A DNA stretch of 64,000 nt from Podarcis gaigeae (lineage: Eukaryota), in the NCBI GenBank assembly GCA_964106915.2, contig OZ066918.1. One strand, 5' to 3'. Of this stretch, positions 27,211-41,920 are shown piece after piece. Each line of letters opens with the position of its first letter. The stretch's first letter is position 1. The position numbers were made by a program, and so were the translations under genes. The notes under the pieces were generated by a model. That model was not told the origin of the DNA. It saw nothing but the letters and a program-made list of their open reading frames with translations, and made no database searches.

Positions 27211-30200
27211 AATTCCAGACAGATGGGGGCAGGGTTTCATATGATCTTTGTTTTTGCTAGGTGCCTAAGAAGTTGGTTGGGGGAGGTGAACTGATCTTGT
27301 CAACTCTGCCTCCAGAAACTGCTATTGGGGCACCATGAGGTTTGCCATGCTCCTGTTTCATCCTTAAAGGAAGTGGATGTCACTCTACTGAAATATGAAA
27401 GTGTACATTAATGGAAAGCTTGTTCTCTCTTCCTGTGTGTGTGAAACACAGACACACACAATATACCGGTAGATAACAGACACAGTCAAATGCTATAATG
27501 TTATACATAGAGACATACACAGACCTACAAATATTTAACACTGAACTTATATCAGATGAAGCTAGGGCCAGATTGGTGGTACGGTATGAAGGAAAATAAC
27601 TTCCCCGATTCACTAATACTAGTGAATAAACTAACAGCAAGAGTACATAAGAAGATAGATTTTAGTACAGAATTTTAAGAAAATTGGAATAAGAACATCA
27701 TAGAAGCAAAACACAGCCGCTGCCAACTCCAAAACTCTACGTTCCTGCTCCCAAAAGAGTCAACTTGAAAAAGAACACTAAACACAGATGACTTTTGGTA
27801 TGTTTCTCTAATGTCACTTCTAAAGAGCTGTGACCAGAGAGCTCGGGGGGGGGGGGATTCCTCTGGTTAGATTCTCTCTAGCCGCAAATTAACCTCCCCT
27901 GGCATAGAGGATACAATGCCCAGTAAACCAGTGGTGGACCTTGGAGTCTCAAATTTCAGTGGTACCCTATGAAATGCCAACATGCGGTACCCCTCTGTCT
28001 ATTGCACTCCATTCTGAATAATAGTTGCAGCAATCCCTGTGGGGCCCCAAGGCTTTGTGGCCAGTGCAACAGAACCGGTAGCGCTCCCCTAAATCTGCCT
28101 CTGAGTAAACAAACCCAGAGACACATGCCACCTCTCTGTCTCCCCTCCCCTCTGCCTGGCATTTTCCTTGTATTGAGAACTTGGGAGAGGTTCACAAAAC
28201 TATCAGTCATCCAGGAATAAACTGTGCAATACCCTTCTGAAGCTGCTATGAAGCTTCAGGAGCAGCTCACTTCACTTTGAATTGTTTCAGACAAGAGTCA
28301 CTTCACTTTGGAGGAGGTTTGAATGCCCCTGAAGCAGTCCACTCAGTTGGGTATTCAGGCTTCAACTAAAGCAGTTGCACACTCCTAGCAGATAGTAGCA
28401 ATCTGTCTAACCATAAAGGAACAAAACTTAATGCTTGAAAAAGTCACAGCAATGGTCTGGTATAATAGTCATTAAAAAGGGGGGGAATAAGCATGGACAT
28501 ACAAGGTGAGCAACGATTGGCACGCCTAATTCCTGACACACTTACCGCAACTCTGGGTGCTCGTCAACTGTATTTTACTCAGAGCAGACCCACTGAAATT
28601 AATACACCTAACTTCATTCATTTTATTGGGTGTGCTCTGAGTAAAACTTACCAAGGTATGTGACACTGGGGAACTGTGGATAATGCACACTCATTCTCCA
28701 GGATTTTATTAAAACAACCAAGCTCTGCCTCTGAAGCAAGAATTCATTCACATTTCTGACATTTTGCCACACACATTCCCACCATTTTGTAGGCATTGCA
28801 TTGCCCCAACTCTTGTATTCAGAATTTTTTGACACAGAAGCAATGTATCACAGACAAATTAACAGAGTCAAAATGTGCTAAAGGGATCTACCACATCAAC
28901 ATGGACTGTGCAGGTAAACTGACCCAGATGCATTGCTGAATACAAATGTTATAACTAAACACAAACAAACCAAATGAAATGTCTTTGTTTCAAAAGTATA
29001 TTCAGTCTACAGGCCGACTCTAGACTTCCTTCTCAAAAGAAAACACGTGTGCCAAACTATATCCAAATCCAGACCACTTACAAAATTGAAAACTTTCCAC
29101 TGCCCATTGCCATAGAAAGAGAACAGGGAACCAGTATTTTTAAAATCCTGTTTAAAAAGAATAAGGGCTTGTCCATACCCAAGTTTACTTTGTGTTTGCA
29201 GCTCTTTGTGTTCCTATTTAATTTGCACGTTGTGCATGATGTTACCCTCAAACACCAATATTGATCTTTCCTCCTCGTAAATTCAGGTTTACCCATAACA
29301 GGAACCATCTGATAAATTGGGGAAATTTGGGCTCCAAACCACATTGAAGGACTCTGCCCCATTGACAATGCTGAAGTCAGATTCATTTGCCAGTCTGGAC
29401 AGTTTCTGTACAGGGAATGGAGGGGACGCCATCTTGTCCTTCAGCTCAGGAGCCGGGCCAGTCCTGACAGGCAAAAACATATATCTTTGATAAGTCACTC
29501 ACCCAAAGCTTTAAGATGCAAATGTGAGGGAAGGTTTAGTTCCAGTAGAAAACACTTCAAAGGAGAGCGAGCAATGCAGCACTCTTGTAACGCTCACAGA
29601 TGCCAAGGCACATGGAAGGACCGTGTTCACAGATGCACTTATTGCAGACATAGATTTCAGAGGTGTTAAAAATTGATTTGCTCTCTGGATCTCTGCCTAG
29701 CCAGGCTCTTCTGGCAAGCTGATATTTCTCATGCTCATAAAGTAAGCACTTTGCTGCTGACTCTGCTTGTGCCACTGCTTCCATGCAGGATCGGAGTAGT
29801 TCGTTTTCAGTCAGCCTAAGACACACACTGAGAGGGGGAAGTGATTTAAACCCCTTTTGCTTCTGGGTAACCCTAGAGAAGCCATGATATCCATAGCTTA
29901 GTCTTTTTATTATCTAGCCTTTTTCCACATTTATGAACTCTGTCTTTTAAAACTTTATATATACTTTTGAAGGAACACAGCATACTTCAAGAGTGCTTAA
30001 CTCTTTTATTCATGCAGGTCTTGAGCAGGGGTGGGGGGTGGAATATAATGAATAAGACAGGCAAAAGGAAGGCCGTGTAATGGCTCTCTCTCTTCTGCCC
30101 CACCCATTAACAGGACATTATTTATTCAGATATCCATATTTCTATAGTGTGTTGTCTCACTTATTCCCTAAGACAGAAAATGCATTTTTTCCCCTGATGT

Positions 30201-30495
30201 GACTAGGGCAGCCATGTTTGTTGTTCATACATCTGTTCCATTCATGTGTAAACGGGAAGGTGACATGGCGAGGGGAACTCAGAACTCCCTATTCCATGCC
30301 TTAATTCACCTTTCTCCATTCCTTCAGGCATGGTGTAGTCCAGCTCACTTCATCAGTCAAACAGGACTGAGGTAAAAAGTGCAGGAAAGGGACATGAGAT
30401 GTAAATCAGGAGAATGAGAAGGATCAGATGCCACTACCCATTTATAATTTTACTGTAAAATTCAAACCACCCACTACCATTTTGAATATGATTAG

Positions 30496-30742
30496 ACCAG
30501 CGTGGTGTAGTGGTTAAGAGTGGTGGACTCGTAATCTGGTGAACCAGGTTCGCTTCCCCACTCCTCCACATGCAGCTGCTGGGTGACCTTGGGCCAGTCA
30601 CACTTCTCTGAAGTCTCTCAGCCCCACTCACCTCACAGAGTGTTTGTCGTGGGGGAGGAAGGGAAAGGAGATTGTTAGTCGCTTTAAGACTCCTTAAGGG
30701 GAGTGAAAGACGGGATATCAAATCCAAACTCTTCTCTTCTTT
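30496..30742 (+). mobile_element. tRNA-derived SINE
   Basis: A box gtggtgtagtggtt and B box-like ggttcgcttcc; body gggtgaccttgggccagtcac...ctctcagccccac; short tcttct tail. Confidence 0.8.
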
Positions 30743-32985
30743 TTCTAGTGGAGTCCCATACCTTCACAAGTTTCTGGGTATCACAAGTTGGAGAAGTGCT
30801 CAGGTGCTCATTGTGGGCTTTCCATAGGCATCTGAGTGAGAACAGGATTCTGGAACTGTGCGAACATTATGGAACTGTTTGTCTGAAAAGGACTGAGATG
30901 TCCTAACAAGCACATAACTTCCCAGTTCATGTTCTTTGAGGTCGATTTGCTGTTTTCCATGGCACTGGGTTGAGCTGAAGAGAGAATATAGCCCTAAGAT
31001 TATTGTTGTTTTGAAATAAAATTAGTTCAGCATTAGCCGCTAGGCTGTATGCTAACCAATTGTCTTAAATAAATGCATACTGTTTGGTAGAAAGCCATGA
31101 TGCATAGTGACATTTTATGAACGCTTCTAACAAAAACACATAGGAAAAAGAGGGTAAAATAGAGTTAGTGCCAATTTTCCTGTTTTGTTTTATAAACATC
31201 CGTTTTATTAAACCTCTTTTAGTTGTGCCTCTCATGTTTTGAATCTTACTCTACTTTTTCATGAGAGTGTATGACAGAACAATTTAGTAGTAAGACTGAG
31301 GCTTTGCATATGTATCTGAAAGTACTTCCCATTGAATGCAAAAATTCATTTTATTGAGCACAATTTTATTAAACTTTTTCTCCCTCTATTATATTGTGAC
31401 ATCCCTAAAATAATCAATTCTCAGTTATAAGGTACTGGATATTTCAAACCTATAATTGAACGAATTGTATATGCTGTTTTCATAAATATCGGTAATTTTT
31501 AGAGACACTTGCCAGACACGCACAAATCAAGAATATGTAGTTTTGGTCCTTAAGCTGATGGATTTTGCTTCCTGTATTACAAAACACACACATATAACAT
31601 TCATCATGCCTGGAGACAGTTTCACAGCTCTACATATATTGGCTATTCTACACCACAGCTAACTATGACTCAAGAAAGATGCAGTGATAAAAAATATCGC
31701 TTGATTTATGTTCTTTCGTTTCGAAGTTTCTCTCTCTGAAAACTCACACTCAACATGAACATTCTTTAGTAAGTTACCCTACAAATAAACCACAGATTCA
31801 TGAATGATACTGAACAGTTTGCCCCACCTCTTAAGACAAAGAATTTACTGAAGATGTAACCTACCTTCTCATTGGCTTTTTATACATTAGAGCCTTTTAA
31901 AGGTGCTGAATCACTGTTTTACTACAATTATGTGGGAAACTTCTGTGCTATATTATCCAATGGTGCTCTCTATCATGGTCAATATCCTGGAATATTCACT
32001 AAGAAATAAATCTTACAATATTGTAAGGTACCTTACAATATTAAGATTATTGCTCAATTGTTCTGCCACTATTATTGCTTTCTACTGAGCTCAATAATGG
32101 GAATAGTAGTCAAAGACTTCTTAATTGCACCTTAATATCAATTCCTGTTCCCACTGGAGGGAGAATACTTTAACTACTTATCTAGGGTGTTTTCATCTTT
32201 ATTTGCAAAATAATTTTGCTATATAAAAATGAAAAGAAGCAATCTGAAGCAGTCGTTAATTAAAGCTCCCCCATGGGAACTGCCATCAGCACCAATTGGT
32301 GGAAAGGTTTTTCAAGGGAAAATCCATCACTAATCTCCCAGCTGTACTCAACACAGAGAAATAAAATGGGCTGAACCAGCGAACAGGAAGCTTTTGATTA
32401 AAGAGGCAGTAGTGCTGAAAAGCCACAATAGTGCTTCAATAAAATCTAGGAGGACAGCTCAAAAAAAACCAAAATGTAGTAAGTATACAACAATATTGGC
32501 TGACTACTCCACTTAGTATGGAAGCAAGTTGCTAGCTTCTGGTATAGAGAGACTGAAGACAGACACTGTGTAGGAAAACAACAGTAGCCAGCTAATTATA
32601 CACTGATGTTTTTCCTTTCCTTTCTATTTCTGTTGAGGACCAGATTATTTTTACTTGGAATATATTAAGTGGATCTTCTGACTTTAAAAACCAACATCCT
32701 AGAAACTGTACCAGGAACTCCTTTAACAGATATGCAGCTATAAGGCAAATACAGGCAAAAAACTAACAGCCGTGGGGGTAGAGAGGAGTCAATTTTGATT
32801 GATGCAAGAAAGGAACAAATACCTCTTTAATCCCTGCTGAAAAACTGGGGGGGAAACAGGGCTATGTTTTAGTTTTCAAAAATCCTGGCAATTCAGTGAC
32901 AGATGTCCTGCCTTCATCTCTGTAATGCCGGCCTGTTTATTTCTTTTCATTGACCACACTGCTGAATACACATCTAGGTTTAGGA

Positions 32986-33360
32986 TGGGGGTGGATAATC
33001 TTTTTCAACCCATGGGCCACAATACATCATGGGAACCTTCTTAGGGGGCAATATGCTACCACTGCGCAGGGCCAGAAGAAAACATGGGTGGAGCAATTAA
33101 TGTGGCTCTTACCTCTGCACAGAAGGCTAAATTTCCACCCATAAAGAAGCTAGAGGTATCTGCACATACGTACATCTCTCCATTCATGAATGCAGGAGGT
33201 ATTATTACAGTTCAATGACATATTCCGGCTAGGCAAACTTGATGAGGAGGTGTAGCAGGGTTGGTGGGAAGTGTAGCCTGGGTCAGAAGAGTCCCAAGAG
33301 TCAAACAGAGAGTCCTGTAGGGTCACATCTGGCCTCTAAGCCTGAGGCTCCCTGCCCATG
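32986..33360. mobile_element. Older hAT-type non-autonomous element
   Basis: Flanked by the direct repeat gtttagga (32978-32985, 33361-33368). Degenerate hAT-like ends with gggccaca/ggcc subterminal motifs. Confidence 0.55.
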
Positions 33361-34779
33361 GTTTAGGAATAACAGCTTTTTAAAAAATCACTGACTAAAA
33401 GTAGGAGGGAATATCCCTATGAGCCAAACAGCAAGGTGTAGTCAGCAAGTAGACACAAGCATTCTAAGACAAAAGGCTTTTCAGGGATTCAGATTGGGAA
33501 CATATATCTGTTCTTGAGCTAAACTATTCCCATGCAGAAGTGTGCAGCTATTTCGCTTGTGCTGCAATGTTTTTGGTCCTCTAACATCCTTTAGCTCTGA
33601 AATTTAAAGCCTTAAAACTCACATGCAAAGCGGATGAGGATTTAGGTAAGAGTGCAGAAACGTACTTACCTAAGTGCCTGCCATTAACAGAAGGATTCTT
33701 CGTGTTACAAAATAGGCTTTATACATGTGAAATTCCCTCTAGACATCCTTTGAAACTAACTCTTTTGCGTCTCAGAATGAATGAGCATGTGAGAGAGAAA
33801 GAGACAGAGAGACAATCCCAGATGAATTTGGTGCATATTGCCATTAGATTCCATTGTTTACAACGTTTCTTTTCCCAGTTTAACATGTTAAGGGCTTTCC
33901 ATGTTCCCTAAAGCTCCAAAATGCTAGGAAATTCCAGCTGTTATTGGCACCACAATTAACAGCCATGTTATTTAGGGAATATTGATATGGTGTGGCTTCC
34001 TAAACTTTGATTACCTTGCAGCTGGATGGCTGACAGTGGCAGAACAATAGATCTAGGTCCCAGCTTTCTCTCCTCACTGGAATAGATATCCAACAAAGAA
34101 GAGCAAGAATTCACATGCAACTTATGCCTATTAAGCAGCTAAATTCATCAAGTGAAATAAGAATAAAAGATAAGGTTGCCAACTTTTTCCCTAACCAGGC
34201 TCCTATGCCTTTAATGGAATTGCCAGTTGTTGTTCCTCCTCTGCTTGTAGCCACTGGTTCGCTGGATGACATTAACAGGGGGCCTAACAATTACCCCAGC
34301 TGATTTCTGCACATTTTTTTATTATGAAGGCAGAGGAGCGAGCCCAGATGGGGTTTTTCAGGGCATCTGACAAGCCTATCCTGTAAAGGTTGTAACTGAA
34401 AGAGGAAATTATGAACAGATAAAACAGCCACAGTTGTCCCCTAAATCTTTCTCCTCCCTCTTTCTTTGAAGGCTCTCTAGTGCCATCAAAAGCTGCCCGT
34501 CTTGCAAATGTACTACAGAGATATCTTTTGTTAATGTCTGAGAACATCCTGTAAAACTGGACTGCCACCCAAAAATGACTGTCAGCATTCATTTGTATAT
34601 GTCCAAAGAAATGGGGAAAGGTGCAAAGTCACAGCTTCATCCAGAATTGTCAATGTAACTGCAATATTAAAATATAATCTGTCTATCTTCCACTTACACA
34701 CACTCATACTTGTAAAGAATAGTAAGGAAAACTGTGCCTTTTTGGAAGATTTAAATTAAGTACAAAAAGCTCAGTGGAT

Positions 34780-35060
34780 TATTCAGCCTCTCAAAAGGCT
34801 TTTGATTTTAAAAAAAAAATCCTTGCAAGAAGCTCTCGGGAAACTTAGATACCAGAATGCAAGAGCAAAAAGCCCTGTCATGGATTTAAAAAGAGGTTAA
34901 GAGGCACGAAACCAACTGGAAACAAATGGGCAATTTTCGGTATGGAAAAAGGTTAATAGTGAAGTGCCCCAGAGACCAGGACCAGGTCTGGCATTTTTCA
35001 ATGTATTCATTAACCATCTGAAAGGGATGATGAAAAGGAAGATGACAAAATTATTTAGGT
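34780..35060 (+). mobile_element. Old CR1 RT fragment
   Basis: Decayed nucleotide equivalents of QKAFD...WI...NGQFS.W..V.S.VPQ...FNVFINHL. Confidence 0.6.
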
Positions 35061-38000
35061 CAGCCAAGGCTATGGAAGAATACGGACCCCAGGTATGGAT
35101 CTAATGCTATTCAGTGCTTTCATATTTATCGGAGTTAAATCTAAGATAACACACTTGAGAAATCACTATTTAATTACAAACTTGAATTATCTGTAACCTT
35201 ACGATGCAACTGCAGGAAGAAGCATATTGCTCTGCAGACGCTCTCCCTCACTCTCCCCCTGCTGTAGTCCTTCTAATTCAGCGCTGGGGAAGCTCTGTCC
35301 CTCTAGATGCTGTTGGACTACAACTCCCATCAATCCTGACCATGGCTATGCTGGTGGAAGAGGTCCAGCAACATCTGGGGGGGGCACAGTTTCCCTATTC
35401 TACTCTAGCTGCTTCAGTCTTCTCAAGTTCTGAGTACGGAGCTACCTGGGCTTTCAGGGAAACATGCAGCTGGATCCAGGATGTGGCAACATCATCTTTT
35501 CTATCTCTTTCTCTCCTTCTTCATTCTGCATGTGAGAGGTGCTTTGGAAGATTTAGATTTTTGATAGCTTGTGCCATCATTTGGCTAAATGGCACCTAAT
35601 CGTTTTTTCCTCTAGGTGACCCAGGTCTGGAAAATGGAAGAGGATAAACTGGGTGAAATGAAATCCTGACAAGACTAAAATGATGGTGACTGGCAGACCA
35701 AATGTCCCAGGGCACATATGAGCCCCTTTCCATTAAAATCCTCAACAACTGTTCCTGGTTGTGTTTGCTGCAGTGGTGGCTAGGAATCCTTTGAAAGATC
35801 TCTGCTTCTTGATGCAGTTGTGGCAATTTCATTCTTATTTAGACCTAGCTTCCTTGGCCCACTCTGTTTTAACCTCCAGCTACAACTTCCCTCAATCAGC
35901 CATATCACTCCCTTCCTCCTAGCCTAGTTGAGTTAAACGTCATGGAACTACTGTAGTCGGAGGCTTTTGGAAATGTATTGTTACAAGATTCTGTCTTGCC
36001 CCAGCCCATTCAGTGATATTACTTAGATTTCAAGTGCTCAGCCACATTTACTTTTTGCCCTATACTTTCTAGGCACAGGTCCTCACTTTAACACTCTGAG
36101 CGTTGTTGGTTTTTTGAGTTTTCCCAGCAAAAACCTGCTCTTTAATGCTGAATTGGAACAAATGGCAATTCAGGTTTTCTGTGGATTGCCATTTCCTCCA
36201 ATTAAATGGTAAAGAGTGGGTTTTCACAGGGAAAATTCTGGGTCAAAAAAAAAAGGCAGCAGCCTAGAAACATGGCACAAAAGTCTGGATGAGCCCCCTG
36301 CCTTCTTAGCATAACAAAGAAATAGCAGAAGTGGTCTGTCTGCAAAGAAGTGGAATGATGACTGGGTCAGCTGAGACTTTGAAAAGAAGACCTTTTTGCT
36401 TTCCAGCTCCCTTGTGCAACATTCAGAGGGCTTTCTCTTGGGCAGCTCTCGCCTAGGTAACTAGCACTTGGCAGCATTCAAGGATTGTCTTGTATCACTC
36501 ACTTCCATTAAGCTGTATCACTACAGCAAAATAAAGCCATAAAGCTCCTGCAGAGGCGAAGGAAGTTCAAGGAGAGTCAGATGATAAAAGATAGGCTGTG
36601 ATTCAGGAAAAGATCTCTTGCTTTTCCTATGGAGTTCACAACAATTCAGCTCACCGGTAAAAATGCAACATTAAAAGATAACAGCTCCATAGCAATAGGG
36701 GCTCCCATCATATACATGCAAACAATACACACATACACTGTTGAGTAGCTGGCACTAAGGGAATGCCTGTAAATTGAAATTTTCCAAACATAAATAATGC
36801 GGCAGAGGAACAAATTGACAAATACACTGAGGCTTGTATCCAGTGCAGTGCTAAGTAAGCACCCCATCAGTGCCAGGATAAAAACAGCCCTGCTGGATTT
36901 AGACTAATGGCCCATCTTGTCCAGCAGTCTATTCATGCAGAGTTCAACCAGATGCCTGTAGGAAGTCTGAAAGCTGGAAATGAACACAACATCACCCTGC
37001 CCACCTGTGATTCCCAGCGACTAGTTTTCATAGGCATTCTGCCTCTGACATATTAAGCAATGGGACTCTTCCCCACTCTCCTTCTCAAACCTTCCCGAAA
37101 TCTGCTCAGGTGTAGACTAGACTCAGCTAGATAGACCAGTGGTCTGAATCTGTTTAAGGAGCTGTTGCTATCTGTCATTGATGGAGGCAGAAGCACTCCA
37201 AAAGCAGGTATCCAGTAAACAGAGTTTCTGTGTCAAGGGTGGAGAATCTCTGGTTCGTGGGCCCATCTTAGCCCTCCATAGATTCCAATGTGGCCTGTGA
37301 GGCCATTTTTCTAAAACCATGGCCATCTATCCAATGAGTGATCTCACATGATGGATGGAACTTCAGTCCTGTTTGGTTTGCCAGTGTATGCTAGTTCCCT
37401 GCAGGGAACTTGCTGTATGCAGTCATTTCCTGCAGAAAGCAGGTTTGAAATCCCACCCATCAGCTAATGGGTAGCTTAGTTTGGTTTCGTATGTGAGCCA
37501 GAGCCAGGTAGCTACAGGAGGCTCTGGTTTTCCTCCTCCTGTGCAATGATACAGCCACAACCTTCAGATATTGAAGATAGAGGAGAAAAGCTGGACACCT
37601 AAACGTGACATTTCTAGAAGGCAGCATTAAACACTTAGATATGTATTCCTGTCATTTTTCAGTTTTTCTGAAGGAGAGAGAAGACTCTAAGGGAGTCTCT
37701 GAATGATAGGTATTTTATGACTGTGACAGGTCACAAGACTGCTGCACTCTAGAATTGGATTTTAAGGGTGCAGGAGAAATGATAGGGCTCTACCCCACTT
37801 TGTTTTAGCAACCACTCTCTCCCATTAAGTTTCACACAGCCTATTTGAATGCCCACTTCGGCACCACAAAGCAGTATTCAAAACTGGAAGAAGATTACGC
37901 ATCATTCCCCCATCACCCACCCACGCTTGCTGGCATTGCTAACATTAGGATGGCCCATTTCCTACAACAAAGGATGAATCATTGTTGTTGAAATTACAGT

Positions 38001-41000
38001 GAACAGTTGCTTCAGTGTGAATACTGAAGGACATTTTGGAACAGCAAACGCTCTCTGATCCTCCTCCCAAAACAAAAAAAATGAGAATGCAAGCATGCAA
38101 GAAAATCAATGTTTTGGAACTGTGTATCAGTCAGTATTCCAAATGCTTAAATAGCCTGGGAGATTAACCCTCTGGCCTTGTTAACAGTCCTTGACTGATT
38201 GCTGCATCAGCCGGTTAGAATATTATTACATTTCTTGACAGTTTCTGATCAGCATATTGAGGTAATGTCAGCCTAAACACATACTGAGGGCTGCTTAGTA
38301 GTATTTCCCTGTGTGTACCTACATGCTGTATTGAGAGAACCAGGTATGATAAGGAACTGAGCAAGCAGAGTAGAAAATTATTCACGATCTGTTAGTGACA
38401 GCAGAAAAGTATTTTTAAGCTCTGTATTTCAATGCCATCACGTTTACCCCCCCCCCCCATTTGACCTAGTAAGCAAAGGGATGCCTTACTAAGAAATAGA
38501 CATCAGGTTTCAGTAGCAGGAAATGCGAAGACTATAGGTCAAGATTCACAATACAGTTCAGAAGCGCATTCTTTGATATATTTAATATTAAGTTGCAGAC
38601 CCTATCATACACCTTAATGATATGCAAAACAGCAGGTTCGCTCATTTGGATTATGGGACTGTATTACCTTTGTAAAAAGGGAGAGGAATACAGGGAAAGT
38701 GGCAATGTGTTTGTTTTTCTAATGCCCCTGTACTTCATCATGGCATCATTGGGAACTAGGCCTGCCTGCCTGCCTTTAGCAAGCGCAGCTGAAACTCCCA
38801 TTTTGGCAGCTTGATCTTGGACAACCGCTGCTAGACTGGATTGCTTAGGTGTTAGATACAGTTAAAAGTGTGCCGCTGGGGTCTGCTTCAGCTGTTAACA
38901 CTGACTGGCTTTTTGATGACTTTGAGGCCCCTGCCCTCACCCCTGCCCCACAGCTGTTCAGAATGGGCTCTGTATTTATGAGCCAAGCTGGTCTTCTTCT
39001 GAAAGTTTTCTTTCAATACATACTGTTGGTGTGTGCCTATTAATTGAGCCACACCCATCCCCCTTTTTCATACAGATTCCTGCAAACTGCACTGTTCAGC
39101 TTCCTCCCTGAGCCACTATACCTGGGGGAAAGCCAGGGTTTAAAATCCAGATGGGAGACAGCGATCCTTGGATGGTTCTACTACTGGATATGAGCTGGAT
39201 AGTTAAGCAGAGCCTCCAAGCCTGGAGACAATCTACCACTGATTAGCTGGTGCTGCAGGCAGACTTCCTCCAATGTGAGCTGCTGAACAACTTCCTGGCA
39301 CCCATTGTTGGAGGCAGACCTCCAGCCCAAGGAAATTTACAAAAATGCATAAATCTGGGGGAAAGTGTGCATAAAAATGAATATCTTAGTGAAAATAACA
39401 TCCAAAACTGCATTATATTAGAAGACATTACTTGCAAATCTGCATATAAGCATGTGCTTATGTGGGGGGAGAGAATTGCATCAAAATTCTAAAGAAATTT
39501 CATCAGGATTTTTAAAAAGAAATTTCCCAAATTCCTGCAGAAATGTGAAGAACCGAATTTAAAATTGGAAAAATGGGAAACTGAGAGAACCAAAACTGAC
39601 ACCGAAGACAGTGGATGAGAATGTGAAATTCTGTCCATATTGCAAGATGGGAAAGGGCATCTTATCCTTGCTGTAGATGAGGAGGGAGATTTCGCTAGCT
39701 ATATTAGATATGCAAATGCGCTTCTGCATGTAATTTGTGCAGGCAGTTGTAGCTACAATTCCCTGTGTACATCAGAGCTCCCACACGCATCAGGGGCAAA
39801 ACATTTTCTCCAGGACTGAATGTCTGGGCTTGTAGCTGCTTCCTTAAACCTGCTCAGAACCCAACCTAGTCACAAACAAACCTCACAGTTCCACATCTAC
39901 AGGTATAAACTGGAAACTATACTGATTATCTCACAAATTTGTTTTGTAAATAAAGGCAGTATGGGCTACAAAGAAGGTTGTGTGCTGGGGACATGGCTGC
40001 TATGTATTTTGAGCATTTTTAAGCTCCTTGTCCAGACCAAGTCCTCTCAAGGTAGCATACAGTATGAACCACAAAACTGAAACAGAAGATTAACTTCTAA
40101 AGTGACAAAGGGAAAGATAAACAATATGCTAAAATATATATAAAAAACCCAGCATAATATAATTTTAGCAAACCATAGCAATAAAGCAGTTAAGTCAGCA
40201 GCATATCCAATAAAACTGTATTAGAAAGAAAGCCAGTTGGAACAGACAGGCCTTCAAAGCCTTTTTGAACATCAGGACTGAGGGGCTAAATGAGTACCTC
40301 AGAGAAGGCTTTCCACAAAGTAATTTCAAATTCATGGAAGCGTTCAGTTATATAATTCTTTTGTTACTTATTTATTTATGAAGGGTGTGGTTATGGCATT
40401 ATCTCCCCTCTGAGAACCACCATTCCTTATGTCAAGAACCACGATACACTGGATGTTGTTTCCTTTCCCTGCAGTTTTCCTTCCCAAAATGAAAAAATAT
40501 ATTCCCTCTGACAGCTCAAATTAGAGCGTAGGAAGCCCCATCTAGTGTTGTTCATATTTATTCTGAATTCAACATCAGCAGGGTGAGCAAGTTTAGAATA
40601 ATTGCTTTAAAATGTCATCCATTTTTAATGTCAGGCATAGTAATCAGATTTTTCACCTGACTGTGTCATATGACAGCTGAGACACACTATCCTCTTGTGA
40701 ATGAACATCCTTAAATCAAAAGCGAATTGAACTGTGAAAATGTATCAGGGCAAACCACCCACCCCACATACATGATCACATTTTATTACTACTTCTTAAT
40801 GTTGATTTAGTACCAACAGGCTAGTTGTCACTGTATTATAGGCATTGCCAGATTTTTGTCTATTCATTTAGGTAAATGGGTTAGCTTTTTTTTTAACACA
40901 AAACTAGAAAACCACAGTGTGCTGATTCGAGGTGAGTTGATGCAATGCTAGATAGTGCATGAAGCCTATATCTAAGAGCACTTTACAATCTGAATAGCAA

Positions 41001-41559
41001 AGCTACCAATTGCACAGAAAATAAGTCCTCAAAAGGGAAGGTTCAAGGAGAGTTCACAACTTTGTAAAAATAAGAAACAATTCTTGACCAGGTCACCGTA
41101 GCCTCACAGATGAAATCTAAAAGGTATCAATTCATCATGTTCAGTGACAGGCTAGAATAAAACCTCTGTTCCTTGGGGAAATGAAAGTTTAAGTGTTTAG
41201 GGTACTCTCTGTTTGGGCAGCCGGTTCTTGATGCCTTGTGCCAAATTCTAGTTAATCCAATACTGTTGTCTATTTTTAAAATTATTTATAATGGAACAGT
41301 ACCAGTACTATGCACTGAACAAGCTTTGCATCCAGAAAGCTTATCATTCTTCATTTAAATAATTTACAGGCTGATCCTTTGGTCCTCCTGTGCCACTGGC
41401 AAGCCACAACACAAGGGCTAAAGCAGCTTAGTTGTGGTCCTAGGCTCAACTAGCAGCACAATCAAAATGGCACAATAGCTAAGAAACAATATCTAACATA
41501 GCAACATTGAGAAGCTCTCACATCATCCGTGGGAACTCTACTACCACCAACCAAGAGCC

Positions 41560-41920
41560 ATGTTTTCATGGGAAATTGTAGTGAAGTGTCATCAATATGC
41601 CGATGGCAACCTGTTCAATTTCTCTTGTAAATCTGATTCAGGCAAGGTGGCAGAAGCATTACACCAGTACTTGGATCTATGTACGGACAAGCTGAGGACC
41701 AATAAATGGAAGCTCAATCCAGACAAGACAGGGATGCTGCTGGTGGGTGATTCATATGCCTAGAGTGGTGTTCCTCAACCTGTTCTGGACAGGATTGAAA
41801 TCCCCTTAAAAAGGATCAGATCCACAGTCTGGTGATGTTCTAGATGCAGCTTTTATCATGGGAAGTACAAGTGGCAACCTGTGCCTATTCCAGATCTTAT
41901 ACTTGTGTGCCAGCTTCAGT
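41560..41920 (+). mobile_element. Degenerate L2-type reverse-transcriptase fragment
   Basis: ORF 41560..41763 has CHQYADG (YADD-like) and KLNPDKT motifs, then a stop. Confidence 0.7.
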
